Assembly: GCA_049999805.1 (NCBI GenBank)
Contig: JBNGIO010006294.1
Coordinates: 65,711-124,107, forward strand
Direction: 5' to 3'
DNA length: 58,397 nucleotides
Source of the DNA: Folioceros fuciformis
Taxonomy: Eukaryota
This document shows positions 37,519 through 49,800 of the stretch, one piece after another. Under the pieces are notes generated by a model. That model had not been told where the DNA came from and searched no databases. It was given only the letters and a program-made list of their open reading frames with translations. The number at the start of each line of letters is the position of its first letter. Positions within the stretch are counted from its first letter, which is position 1. Position numbers and translations under genes: made by a program.

Positions 37519-38786
37519 ATGATGGATTTTAGTTTACCAGCAGACAGAACCATGGAATGCAGCCAAGACATTTTGGAGGTCCCTTGTACCATTCCAGCCC
37601 AACCAAGACATTTTAGAGGTCCCTTGTACCATTCCATCCCTAGCTTTCGAGGACTTCGCTCTTCTATGGAGGCTTCAAGGAAACGAGTTTTATGGAGTGA
37701 AGCTAAGATCTTGGTCCTCCAAGCTGAACGAAGGATGATCTACAACGATTGCTAGCAGGCAGCAATAAGGAGAAATACAAAGCATGAATTGAACAATGGG
37801 CTATCTTAACACAAAGCATGAACTGAACAATGGGCTAAGATAGCCAAAGCTATGTAGAAGAGGGATATTTAGCGCATAGCAAAGTAGTGTCAAGACAAAT
37901 GGAGTCTCTCCACGCAGATTGGAAGAAGATTTTTGACCACGAATGCCACATTAGTTCTAGAAAGAGTTTGTATTGCAACCTTTCCATCTAAGATAAGAGG
38001 GCCAAGAAGCGGCCAACAAATGTCTATACATCTGTCTACAATTCTAGTCTACAATTCTATGCTGTCATGGTTGTTGGAGGGAAGAGATGTTGATCTAGGG
38101 GATCTACTAATAGACTCCTCATTTCAACAAAGCTTTACCATGCCTACGCCTGGTGTTTCAATCTGTTAGTTTGTTAAATTTTAGGTTTGTTATTTTGTTA
38201 CGGTTTCATGTCTGAATGTAGGTTTTCATTTTCAAGTCTATTAGTTTGTTAACGTTTCAAGTCCATCATTTTGTTATGGTTCCATGTCTGTATTTAGGTT
38301 TCAATTTTCTTTTAGAACTACAATCTAAGCAATACTCTTTAAGTTGCTTGTTCTGATATTGTACGTGGTCGATGCACTCCTCCATAAGCAAGTCTTGGAG
38401 CCTTAAGTTAGGAGCAATGTAGAAGTAATTCTATCTCGACTTCAGCTTGTGAAGAAGCTATTTCGCCTTCCAAATCTCTAGGTATGTGGCGTAACAAGAA
38501 ACATCATTCCAGCGGGGCTACTCAAGGTATTCTATCACAACTAGAGAAAAATAACAAGATGCTTTTAGCTAGTTTTGCCAACGTTGAAAGAGGGATATTG
38601 TCAAGGCACTTTCAAACTTTAGCATTTGAGAAGTCCAAATTGAAGGTAGCTCAACAATTTGAGAGCCAAAAGATAGAAGTATCAAATCAATTGGGCTATG
38701 TGTACATAGACGCACTAGTTGGTATTGGTGATGGCATCAAGATGCTCAGACAAGCAATCTTACAACAACAGCAAATACAAAAATAG
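37519..38786 (+). pseudogene. Decayed Myb/SANT-like (trihelix) ORF of a PIF/Harbinger transposon
   Basis: RKRVLWSEAKILVLQAERR, EQWAKIAKAM*, *CQDKW, DWKKIFDHE fragments with stops/frameshifts; coiled-coil-like last exon 38484-38786; convergent with a Harbinger transposase. Confidence 0.65.
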
Positions 38787-38859
38787 AATGTCCCTTGCCA
38801 TTCTTCTACTGTACAGTCCTTGTTATAGAGCTATGCACTTAAAAACATCTTTAGAACCT

Positions 38860-39930
38860 CAATTGTAGCTTGTCCCGATGGATCTCTAGGTCATCTCTCC
38901 ATGCTGGCTCCATGTTGTGGATGAGTGTAATTCTCCATGCTGGCTCCGTGTTGTGGATGAGTGTAATTCTCCATGCTGGCTCCATGTTGTGGATGAGTGT
39001 AATCTTGAACAAAATACTCGTCTATCAAGTCTATGTTGTCAATTTTGATGTTGTGGAGTAGGCAACATGCATATGTTAACTCACCTAAATACTTTACATT
39101 ACATCGCCATGTTTTCCTGCCTAATATACCCCAACACCCTTTCAAGTCACCAAAGGCACACTCAATCACCATTTTGGTGAACGAGTATTGGAATGAAATT
39201 GGCATCAATTGGACAGAGGCTTGTTCCTACAATAGGCACAACCAACCATGGCATGAGTGTGTATCTTGCATCCCCTAGCATATATTCTCCTATCTCATAT
39301 CCTAGAATATCTTCTTTAGGCCCATTGAGGCGAGTCTCTACAACTATTTCTCGGTAAAAACCAGAATTGATCAGAATTGTACTATCATTGACCTTTCCCG
39401 ACCAACCAGTCACTACATAAGGAAGCGTTTGTCAAGCATTGTACTATCATTGACCTTTCCCGACCAACCAGTCACTACATCAAGGAAGCGTTTGTCAAGC
39501 CCTACCACAGCTTGCATAGCCATAGTTAGGCCCTTATGGCCATACCAGATGAATTTTTCCTCCCCTGCAAGTGTTTCTATGAAGCAATGAGTTGCATCAA
39601 TGGCTCCTAAGCAATTAGGGAAGCCTTGTTGTTCTCAAAATCCTTGCTTTATGATCTCCTATTGGGTTGAGTTTGGCCATTGTAGATGGTGCCTACCACA
39701 CTTTAGAAGTGCCAAGATGAAATGCCAAGTACACTTGAATGCTGTGGGAGCCTCAATTCCAAATTGTTCACCCATAGTTTTAAATGAATCGCCGAAAGCA
39801 AGGCAACAAAGAGCAATTGCAACTTGCTCTCTGACGAGCATAATTCTTCCCACAATCTAAGAGAAACTTGGCAGTGGATTGCAAGTCATCATTCACTAGC
39901 CCACAAATGTACTCAAAAGTGGTAGGAGTA
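38860..39930 (-). pseudogene. Decayed PIF/Harbinger DDE transposase (DDE_Tnp_4 / HARBI1-like), 5' part missing
   Basis: TPTTFEYIC, REQVAIALCCLAFGDS, GFPNCLGAIDATHCFI, GWSGKVNDSTIL, YMLGDARY, VIECAFGDLKGCW, ACCLLHN; frameshifts, ~62-bp duplication at ~39377-39500 and 36-bp x3 repeat at ~38896-39003. Confidence 0.88.
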
Positions 39931-39999
39931 GTGTGGGCACAAGGTTTGGTGTACTAGATAAAGTAACAAGTACCATTATGCTATATGTGCGACACATGC

Positions 40000-42900
40000 C
40001 ACTCGAACCAAATATTGAAGAATAATTGGAAAAAAATTTTGAAGTTCTCGAGGCTAAGCCAACTGACACCTAAGGACTTCCAGCAAAATAGTCGGTACGC
40101 AGGGCGTGAAGGTGCAGACCATGCCCTGAGCTCATGAGCTAGGCAACGAGTCAGGGGACAACAAGCAGTTCGAGGGTGGATTTTTCTGGCAAGCAGAGTG
40201 AACCTAGGCATGAGGGCTTCGTGCGGTTGTGATAAGGTAGCCATGAGCGTGACACCGCGATTGAAGGCTAGGCAAGCACACAATGTCACTGTGAGCATAT
40301 GAGCTGCAACGCCACCAGGTACAACAAACAAGCCAGGTTTTAAGGACCCTTTTTAGTGACCACATTGCCTAGGGGAACTACAGCGTTGTCGAGGTAGCCA
40401 TAAGGTCCCTACCATTACAGGCTAGGCAAACACATAGTGTCACCCTGAGCTCATAAGCTACAACTCCACCAAGGACAACAAACAAGCTAGGTTTTGAGAA
40501 CCTTTTTTGGTGACTAGATTGCACAAGGGGAATTATAGCGCTATCAAGATAGCCATGAGGTCCACATGATTACAGGTTGGGCAAGCACACCGTGAGCAAC
40601 ATATAGGCCTTGCTGAAGAGGACGGCCAGGCAAATTGCTACCAGCCTACGTCCAAGTAAGTCTTGGGCAATTTGACAAGAGCAAACAGATATGTCTGATG
40701 ACTCTTGTTTCTTTTGTGTTCTTGGTGCTCACTAGTTGCTACCACTGACCATTGGCTATGCATGTCGCAGCTTGGCACATGTCTCCAACTTCAGTACCCT
40801 GCAAGGTTGATGACTCCCTTCCCTCTAGAAACCTTCAATCTTGGTAAGACTTGGTGCTTAGTTCCTTGTTTCTTTTCTTTCCTCTAGGTTTTGGGGCTAG
40901 CACATCTCGTATGTTGCTCTGTTGTTGACCTTGCCCATTGCTAGCGCACTCAGGGTTTCAATGGCTCCAAAGCCGACGTTCAAGGAGGCCCGAAACGTGA
41001 AGCGACAAGTCAAAGCTCAGCAACAACGGGTTTTGCTGATCAATGCCTTGTTGAAGGACACACCCACCTTCCGTGCTAGGCATTGGAACTGGCATGATGG
41101 AGCTCGAGAGTTTCGGAAGGAGGGACTGGATGTCCGCAATGAGAAGTACTTAATGGGCTTGAAGGAGAAGCTAGGAGGGGTAGAGGTGCTATGTGATGCA
41201 TTTGGCTTAGTGCACAACTAGAACATGGGTTTCAAGTGGCAAGTCACTGACACCTTGACACAGTAGGAATGGAAAAATGTAGATGACCTTGTTTACCTTG
41301 TGTATGGCAAGCACCCAAGCCGGTGCAATTCTCAGCGAGTGCCAAGCTCAATGGCACTAGGTATCCTCGTGGAGAAAAAAATGTTCAAGTGTGTAAGTTG
41401 GGCTAGCTTTGCAACGAAGACTGAGATGAAGAAGGAGGCTGAGGAGGCTAGGGAGACCAAGCCAGCAGCAGCTGTGGATGATATAGAAGAGCAGGTGAAG
41501 GTCAATGGCGATGACAAGTTGCAAGACCAAGTGCTTGAGGCTGGGTCGCTTTGGGGAAGGAACCCTCAACCAGCATTGGCCCTGTCAGATGATCGCAGAG
41601 CCGGAAGAGACTGTGCTCTCCAACCCCTTGCAAAAGTGGTGATGGCAGGGCTGTTTTTGTTGAGCATGATGATGGCCTCGATGACGTTGCAGACTTTGGT
41701 GGAGTTGACTCCACATCAAAGGCTAAGGACTAGGGAGATTGCCCAGCACCAACAGATACAAGCGAAGGCACTGTAGCGAAGGGTATGCTACCTTCATTTT
41801 CCTTGGGGTTTTAGTAGGGGTGTGGTTTGCAGAGCTTGTGTGGAATTCAGTGGCTGGCTGGCTGGCTTCAACAAGTGGGCTGTTGTAGATGCATTGGGCA
41901 ATCGTTTTTACCACAATAATCCAGGGTTTCGTCCCTAGTGTTTGCTGCCACTACGAAAGGGTGGTGAGCAAGAACCAGCAGGTCAGTTGTCCAGGAGCTG
42001 GATTCTGCAAGGTTGCATCAAGATGCGAGGGCTAGATGGACTAGAGCTGGCCACCTGAGTTGCTGGCTAAGTAGGGTTGTTTCTGTGATATTGCCGATTT
42101 CCTCTTCCAGCTGTCATGATACATAGGGTGCTTGCCTATTGTCCTGTAGGGTTATGTGGTTGTTGGAATTCATTGCCATAAGCCTAACAACTTCCCGGCT
42201 TTGCAGGCCATCCTTGGCTCACACTAGATGTTGCAACTAAAGTGAAGGGTGAGCTTGCCTTACTCCTTGCCCAAGCTGCGGAGGAGGAGGAGGCTCAAGT
42301 AGCCCAGGCATTTGAGGAGTAGAACAAGCTAATAGCAGCACGGTTGGCTGTGGTTGATTTTGTCATTGCCAGAGTGGTAGGAGAGCAGGCACTTGACCCT
42401 CAGGTTCGTATACATCATATGTTCATTACAGCAAAATGTAGTTGCAGAAGGTTCCAAACAACCTTGACAAACCTAGTAGCGCGGTGGTTTGATGCAGGCT
42501 GAGGACGCTACGGTGGCTCAAGTGGAACACCAAGTACAATGTGTAGCAGAAGCAGAAAGTGCCCTCTAAGCATTGCAAAAGAAACACGAAGAGTTGGGCC
42601 GCAGGTGCCTTGTGGTGCACGAGTACTCAGAAAAACTTTGTCGATTGTATGGCTTGACGTTGAAAAAGCAGCCCGTGCCACAATGGGTGCCCACGCCTTC
42701 TCATAGCAAGACCTATAAACCCTAAACCCAAATAACTATTTGCTCAGTCTGTGGGAGGTAACGCTGGATTTGGTGTTCCGCGCTCATGCTTGTTTTGTGC
42801 ATTTGCTCACTACTCACTTTGTCTTGTGATTGTAGGTGGTTTTCGTGCAACGACTTTGTTTTCCTTCCCTGTGGAATAGCTACCATGATGCCTGTCTGTA

Positions 42901-43946
42901 CCAAGCATTTCAACTTGCTGTGAGTTGTCCAAGGGTTGTTTGCAGGTTGCAAGTGCCCCCATAGTGGTTGAAAGCCAAAGGGTGGCCATTCATAAGTGTT
43001 GTACCGCAGCTAGAACATTGGCAACTAGACCAGGAGCTGGAGTGGATAGGGGAGTACCATTAGCTATTGCGGGACTTCAAACACTTGAAGGATTGCTTCA
43101 CGGGAGGGGCTATGTATTCAAGTGCCCAAAATCGAGCCCGTGCATGCCAGCCATCGAGGAAGTTGCTACGTGACTCTCTAGGTGAAAGACGTGTGTCGTG
43201 TGTCTATCGTTTATGAAACTTGAGGAGTTGTTGTCATATGCTCTAACTGGTGTGTCCTTGGCTCATGTGAAGGCCCATACAGTTGCCTTCCACTCTTGTC
43301 ACTGCCAAGGCACACTCTTGGACCAACCAATGTGGAGATCACTCCTCCAAGGACAGCCCTTACTCATCACGTTAAGCCACAAATGTTAAATTGCCGACAG
43401 ATGCAAAATTATGTGCTAAACACACCCGACATTGTTGTTTCGAGGACGGAACCAGTCCCTCTCAATCAGGACGATGTTCGCACAACAGGAAACAGTGTGA
43501 CCAGGTACTTAGCGTTGACCCCTAGCAGCGTGCATGTGCAAGCAGAGGTGGAAAAGGGAGCCCGAACTGTGCTAGAGACAATGTTGGACATGCCAACCGA
43601 GCTCCCTCCTATGGACGAGTGGCTGTTAAGGGCATTTCCCTCTCAAACATTGACTGATGCAAGTGCACGGGTCGTGGAGAAGGAGCCTGCTTTCAGGATG
43701 GCGGCACCAAATCCAAATGAGATTCAAGCTGCTGGTGCCAGGTTGGCCGTGGGCAACCCACAGATCTCGGAAGCGCCTGGTGTAGCAACTGACTCTATTG
43801 CCACTGTAGGCGACAATGACGTAGTGGCCCACTGCCAAAGATATGCCGTCTGATGGCAAAGTGGCAGTGGACGGTGATGTGGAATGGGGCGGCGTTGTGG
43901 CATTGGACGGTGATGTGGAATGGGGCGGCGTTGTGGCATTGGATGG
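40000..43946 (+). mobile_element. Decayed unclassified element (left part; continues at 57532-58397 beyond the nested copia insertion)
   Basis: Stop-riddled + frames 40961-41780 and 42925-43946; 18-bp repeat GAYGGTGATGTGG resumes in register after the outer copia. Confidence 0.5.
40120..40600. repeat. ~156-bp degenerate tandem repeat, ~3 units
   Basis: AGRTAGCCAT anchor at 40235, 40392, 40547; shared GGCTAGGCAA.CACA and ACAACAAACAAGC.AGGTTTT. Confidence 0.8.
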
Positions 43947-44139
43947 TGTTTAGCTATCTAATGTACACAAAGTGCACATAGGTGCCTAGAATAAATTACA
44001 TTGATAAGAATACCAAGTGTCTTATATACAAAATTGTTCCAAGGGTCACGACCATTTACTTAATCTAAATATAAGTAACTAACAACTAACATTTGGTTCG
44101 TTTATAAGTAACAAACCCTAACGGGGTTCTACTTTAACA
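43947..44139 (-). repeat. 3' LTR of outer copia
   Basis: Matches 57334-57526 with 7 substitutions in 193 bp by manual comparison. Confidence 0.95.
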
Positions 44140-44585
44140 CACCCCCATAAACAGAGCACGCTAGTTACCTCGGCAAAGTGACAGACATGGCGGGCTCACT
44201 GGTACAGTGTCTAGTGCTTTGCTCCTTTGTAATTGTCGTCTGCCTGCTATACCAATATTGGCATGAAGAACAAAGACGGAGCAGGCGGAGAGCACGCACA
44301 ACATCCAGCCAGCCATCGCATGGCCACCAGAGAAGCTCACGACGGAGCAACGGTGGCAATTCGCGAGCTGGGAGTGCCTGCTTCAGATCTAGCTTTCTGT
44401 GAGCAACACTGATGGCACTTCGGCGCCCCACCCTGAGGATGACGAGCTGCAGGCGCAATTTGGATTCGCCACTGCGAACCCACTACCACAGGATAGCTAA
44501 GTGACCTGTCAGTTGCAACATGCGATTATGTTGAGCTTATTACTTCATCCACCATACTCTGCAGCTTGGTAGTGTAACACAGGAG

Positions 44586-45296
44586 CTAGGGCAAAGGATC
44601 AGGGCAAGCCTGTAAGCCCATTGCCTCCATATGCCGGTAGTGCTTACTAGCAGGTAGATACTTCGTCAAAAGGTCTACTGTGTTTAGGTCTGTGGACACA
44701 TACTGAATTCTGACATGTTTTCGTTCCACAGAGTGCCTCATAAAGTGGTGGTGTACTTCGATATGCTTGGTGCGCGCATGGAAACGTGGATTGGCGGTCA
44801 TGGCTATCGTGGACATGTTATCACATTAGATTGTAGTCGGCTGTGACTGTTGAAAGCCAAGGCCTCCCAGAAAACAACGCTCCCATACAACCTCCTTGGC
44901 ACCCTCAATTAAGGCTTTGTACTCGGCCTCAGTTGATGATAAAGCAATAGAGGCTTGCTTCTTGGAGTTCCAGTGAATGGCAGCATTATTCAGAGTGAAA
45001 CAATAGGCTGATATGCTTCTCCGAGCATCTGGGTCGGTAGCCCAGTCTGCATCGGCATACCCACACAAGGTAGGCTCAGTATTTTGCCCCTTGAAGCATA
45101 AGCCATGAGTCATGGTGCCTTTCAAGTAGCGGAGCACACATTTAACCGCACTTCAGTGAGCCTGTCCAAGGTTGTCCAGAAATTGAGAGACAGAATTGAC
45201 TGCATACTGGATATCCCTACGAGTCCAACAGCTGATGTAATTAAGGCAACCCATGGCATGGCGATACAGAACCTGAGCCATAGCCTGGCGTTCCGC
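44586..45296 (-). pseudogene. Outer copia pol, 3' part (end of RT, RNase H)
   Basis: YRHAMGCLNY..TRRDIQYAV, LRYLKGT, GYADADWA, WNSKKQ..LSSTEAEY, FHARTKHIEV, DLLTK. Confidence 0.92.
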
Positions 45297-45558
45297 TGTG
45301 TAAATATGATAATGGTGTAAACCAATTGAGTATTTATCAATTACATTGTTGTATATGTTAATATTTTCATAAAGACATAAGTGAGTATTTATTGTAGCAA
45401 CTAGACTTATTCTAGTAGCCAAGAGACATGGATCTTTGGCCTAGGGACGCAACCCTAATGAAAGGGTAAGCTATTTAAATAAAACTATATATATACACAT
45501 ACTATATAACCAGATATATTAAAACTCTAAGTAATAACTCAACGCCCTATCTTCAATA
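45297..45558 (-). repeat. 3' LTR of inner copia
   Basis: Matches 52279-52516 with 5 substitutions and two 1-bp indels over ~240 bp; right end inferred from adjacent PPT. Confidence 0.9.
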
Positions 45559-45813
45559 CTCCCACTTGTTGATTATTGCATAGTGTACAATCTTCTTCTT
45601 TGCGAGCACCTTGTGAAGACTGCAGCCGTTGAGCTCGAGTGTGTGTGTACAAGGTTGACAACCCCAGGCAACCGGCCCCAACAAAGCGGAATGGAACAGC
45701 TTTGTGTGAAGGCAGTCCCTTACAGATGTGCCATGAGCATATTAGCGTGCTTTTACGTTCCCGTCTTCATTCTGTCACGAGTCCTGGAGCGTAGACTGAG
45801 GTGCCTCGCCAGG

Positions 45814-46792
45814 ATGTCTTCATATTCTAAGTCTGCCGATCTGAGTCCACTTGCAAAACGCCGTGTCTACCAGAGGGATGCTCTAGGCAGGTCCGCACCT
45901 GCGCCTAAGACAACTGCCTACTCCGCATGAGCTGAAGTGAAGAGCGTAGCGGCTCGGGCATCAAACGGAGCTGCAACTTCTAGCGGCACTGGCTGCCCTA
46001 GGGGCAGGCCTAAAGGAACAACAAAAGTTGTGCTTGAGGAGCGGCGCAGTGCAGCTGCATCAGTCGCTGCAGGCGAGGCCAAGACCTCAGCAGCAAGAGC
46101 TGAGATGGGAGGTCCACCCCGTCGTCCTGCACCCCAGCAGCCTGTAAGCCAATTGTTTTCTCGAGATACATTTGATGCCCGTAGGTGTGAGAGAGGTGAG
46201 TTTCGCTATGCCTCTAGAGAACCACACCCTCCTGCACCACCCTGATTTCCCGAGCCCAAAGGTATTTTGTCAGAGACGAGAATAGTCACCCTTGGCTCGG
46301 CTCGGTGGCCAGGAAGCCCAATTTGGTACAAGTGCATAACCACAGGTCTGAAGATGATACGAGTACGTGTCCAGAATTTCCCAAGCTTTAACAATCACGT
46401 CGTCAGTTTCTACAGTAAGTTGCCTGAATCATTTGTGGCAATCTTCCCTGTTGCCTTATTTAGCTTAAACAAGCTCATTTCTGCAGCCCCCGTTTGGATC
46501 CTTGTGTCAGTACCTAACCATGTTTGTGTGCTTGCTCCCACTCACTTCAACAGCGTCTGAGGAACGCCTTGATGAAGAGGAGAGCAAGGAGACCAAGGAG
46601 AGGATCTCCTACAAGGAGAGAAAGGCCAGAAATTCACCTCGCTCTGGTGGGGAGTCTTTCAGTTTGGACTCTGTTAGACCTGCCTCATGGGAGCAAATTT
46701 CAGACTCTCCCTCTTCAATCAGCATGAGATCTCCTATGGATTATGGCAATGATGGTTCAGTTGATGACAATAACGATTGGGGCTGCACCTAG
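45814..46792 (+). pseudogene. Antisense, intron-containing accessory ORF of inner copia (AT-hook protein, ~279 aa, two TGA lesions)
   Basis: ORF-track segments 45583-45930, 45937-46245, 46267-46560 share one frame separated by single TGAs; GTAAGT donor 46415, CTAAC branch ~46514, CAG acceptor 46553; phase-1 join to 46554-46792; PRGRPK motif. Confidence 0.65.
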
Positions 46793-46801
46793 CTTTATAG
46801 G

Positions 46802-49800
46802 CTAGGGTTTGGTACGTAGGGCCTCTAGGTAGCCTTCATGGCTGCCCATGCCCAGACTTCTCATATGTCTGTAGTGTGCATCCCTACTGAGGGGCTTAGT
46901 GAACACATCTACTGGATTTTCTGCGGTTGGTATATATTCCAGCATGATTTGTCCTGACTTGATGAGGTCCCTGATAAAATGATACTCCACCTCCACGTGC
47001 TTCGTGCGAGAGTGGAATACAAGATTTTTAGCCAAGTTCATTGACACCTGGTTGTCCGTCTTTATCATGGTACATGTTGGAAGTGGCAGCCCAAGTTCCT
47101 TGAACATCAATTTGCACCACGCAATCTCCTTGGCTGCAGCTGTAAGAACTCGATATTCAGCCTCGGTGCTTGATGTAGCAACGGTGGGTTGCTTTTTGCT
47201 GGACCAGCATATAGGTCCTCCTGCTACCATAACGACGTACCCTGAAACTGATCTCTGTGTATCAACATCTCCTGCGTAGTCAGAATCTGTGTATACGTCC
47301 AGCTCTAGTGGCACACCAGAAATGTGTCGGAACTTGATGCCTATGTTTGATGTTCCTTTTAGGTACCTAACAACTCTCTTAACCCCTGTCCAGTGGGTCT
47401 GACCACGATTATCAAGATATTGCGAGAGTACGCTAGTGGTGTAAGCAGCATCAGGTCTTGTGGTGTTGGCTGCATAGATTAGTTTCCCAACACCCTTCTT
47501 GTAGGGGACTGACCTCATTTCATCTATGTCCTTTTGTGTTTCAGGACTCATCGACTTGCTAAACTTCAGTCCAAAAGGCAATAGCATCGCTGCTGGTTTT
47601 GCATCCTTCAAGCCAAGCTGTTCAGCACACTCTAACAGATATTGAGGCTGTGTGAGAGATATAGATCTGTTTTTCCTATCCCTCTGGATAAGGATTCCTA
47701 GGCAGCTCTGAAGTGCTCCAAGGTTAGTCATTTCAAACTTGGTAGATAGCAGCTTGTTAACTTTTGGGATGAATGTGGGGCTATTACAAGATAGAATCAG
47801 ATCATCAACGTATACTGCGAGATAGCACACAACATCACCAGATCTGTAGACGTACAGGTTGCTGTCTGAAACACATTTCACAAATCCAAGTGCACGCAGT
47901 TCTTCGTCCAGGACAGCATTCCACTCTAATGCTGATTGCTTTAGGCCATAGAGGGTTTTTATAAGGCGCAAGACATGATCTTCCTTGCCCTTTACTTCGT
48001 ATCCTGCAGGCTGCTGCATATAGATCTCTGTGTCCAACTTGCCGTGTAGAAAAGGTGTTTTCACATCAAACATATCTAGCTCATAGTCTTGATGTGCTGC
48101 CAGGGCACAGATTGTGTGAAAAGTGGCCAACTTCATCACAAGAGCATATGTATCGAAATAATCAAGACCAAGCACTTGCGAAAAGCCACGAGCTACGAGT
48201 CGTGCTTTGTACCTGTCAAAAGTTCCATCAGCCTTTACCTTCAGTTTGAAAACCCACTTACAAGACAACACCTTGCGACCAGGAGGTAACTTGGCTAGTT
48301 CCCAAGTTCCATTTTTGATCAGCGAATCATATTCTAATTGAATTGGCTTTTTCCACTCTGCAGCATCAAGACGGCTAAGAGCTTCTTCATAGGGTTGAGG
48401 ATCGATAGGATCCAGGGAAGTAGCTGCATTAGCTGTTGGTTTTCTAAAGTCCTGTGACTGGTAATAATTTGGTGCTCGTCTTTCTCTTGCAGGATAACGG
48501 CGCTCAAGTTGTGGTGGATCTTCAGGATGTGGGGGTAAAAACTCAAGTTCACCCTCTGCATCGCTAGCATCGTCCTCAGCATGATTCTCATCAATGTCTG
48601 GATCGGGGTCTGGTGGATCAGGTTCAGGTAAAAGGTCAGCTGGTTCAGGTTCTGGAGGAGGTTGCTGCTGCTCATCTTCAGCTTCATCTGCTTGCTCTTG
48701 ATCATCGTGTTGCTGTTGTTCTTCCCCCCCTGTAGGAGCAATCTCCTCAAGAGCAGAATCATAAAAAACAGTGACGTCAGGCAAGGTTGAAAGATCAAAG
48801 TCCTCCTGTGTGGGAGTAGCTCCCACTTGCTGCCAAAATCGACCTTCATCAAAGGTCACACTGCGTGCATAGACCACCTTGTTCTGAGGTACATCATATA
48901 GCTTGTAGGCTTTTATACCTTCAATATACCCTAACATAAGGTATTTCTTGGCTTTGGGAGCTAACTTAGTCCTCTGGACCTTAGGGATGAAGGCATAGGC
49001 GATGCATCCGAAAGTGCGAAGATGTTGGATAGCTGGCTTCCTTCCATAGAAAGCTTCAAAGGGGGTCTATCTTAGCACGGCAGTTGTGGGCAGTCTGTTA
49101 CATAGATACACAGCTGTCATAAGGGCTTCAGCCCAGTAGGATAGTGGCAAAGAGACTTGGTGAAGCATAGAGGAGAGCATCTCCTGTAAGGTCAAGTTCA
49201 AGCGCTCGGCAACGCCATTCTGTTGCGGCGTATACACAACTGTAACTTGTCTACCTATCCCTTCGTCCTTGCAGTAAGTTTGAAATTCATTGGATGTGAA
49301 TTCTCCACCATTGTCTGAACGTAGGACTTTCAGCGATTTCCTTGTCCATCTCTCTGCAAATTTCATGTAGTCTTTGAACAAAGAGAAACATCCACTTTTA
49401 GCTTTTAAGATGTAAGCCATAACAAATATCGTCTTGTCGTCTATGAATGTAAGGAAGCATCTGCCACCACCAATTGAGGGCTGCGAGAGTGGCCCACATA
49501 TGTCAGTGTGCACGAGTTCAAGCACTTCTGAAGCTCTGTTAGGAGCCTTGTTCTTGAAGGCTGCTTGATGACGTTTGGACAGCACACAGGCTTCACAGAG
49601 AGGTAAGGGTGGGGAAAACTGCCAATTTTACCATCACTGTATAGGTCACTAGCAGCTAGTTTTTGCAACTTTGTGCTGTGAGGGTGACCTAAGCGTACAT
49701 GCCATAACCTAGCCTGTTCTTCCTGCTTTGCAGCTGTCTCAGGCGACTTTGAAGCTAGGCTAGCATTGGCATGACTGATGTGAGTGTGCAATCTAAACAG

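Noticed and set aside
34714-39934. CACTAC...GTAGTG pair as CACTA termini
   Set aside because: Match limited to 6 bp, flanking trinucleotides differ (ATT vs TGG), right motif lies at the edge of Harbinger coding sequence
48334-48852. 172-aa alternative-frame ORF within inner pol
   Set aside because: Off-frame reading of the acidic IN-RT linker; low complexity
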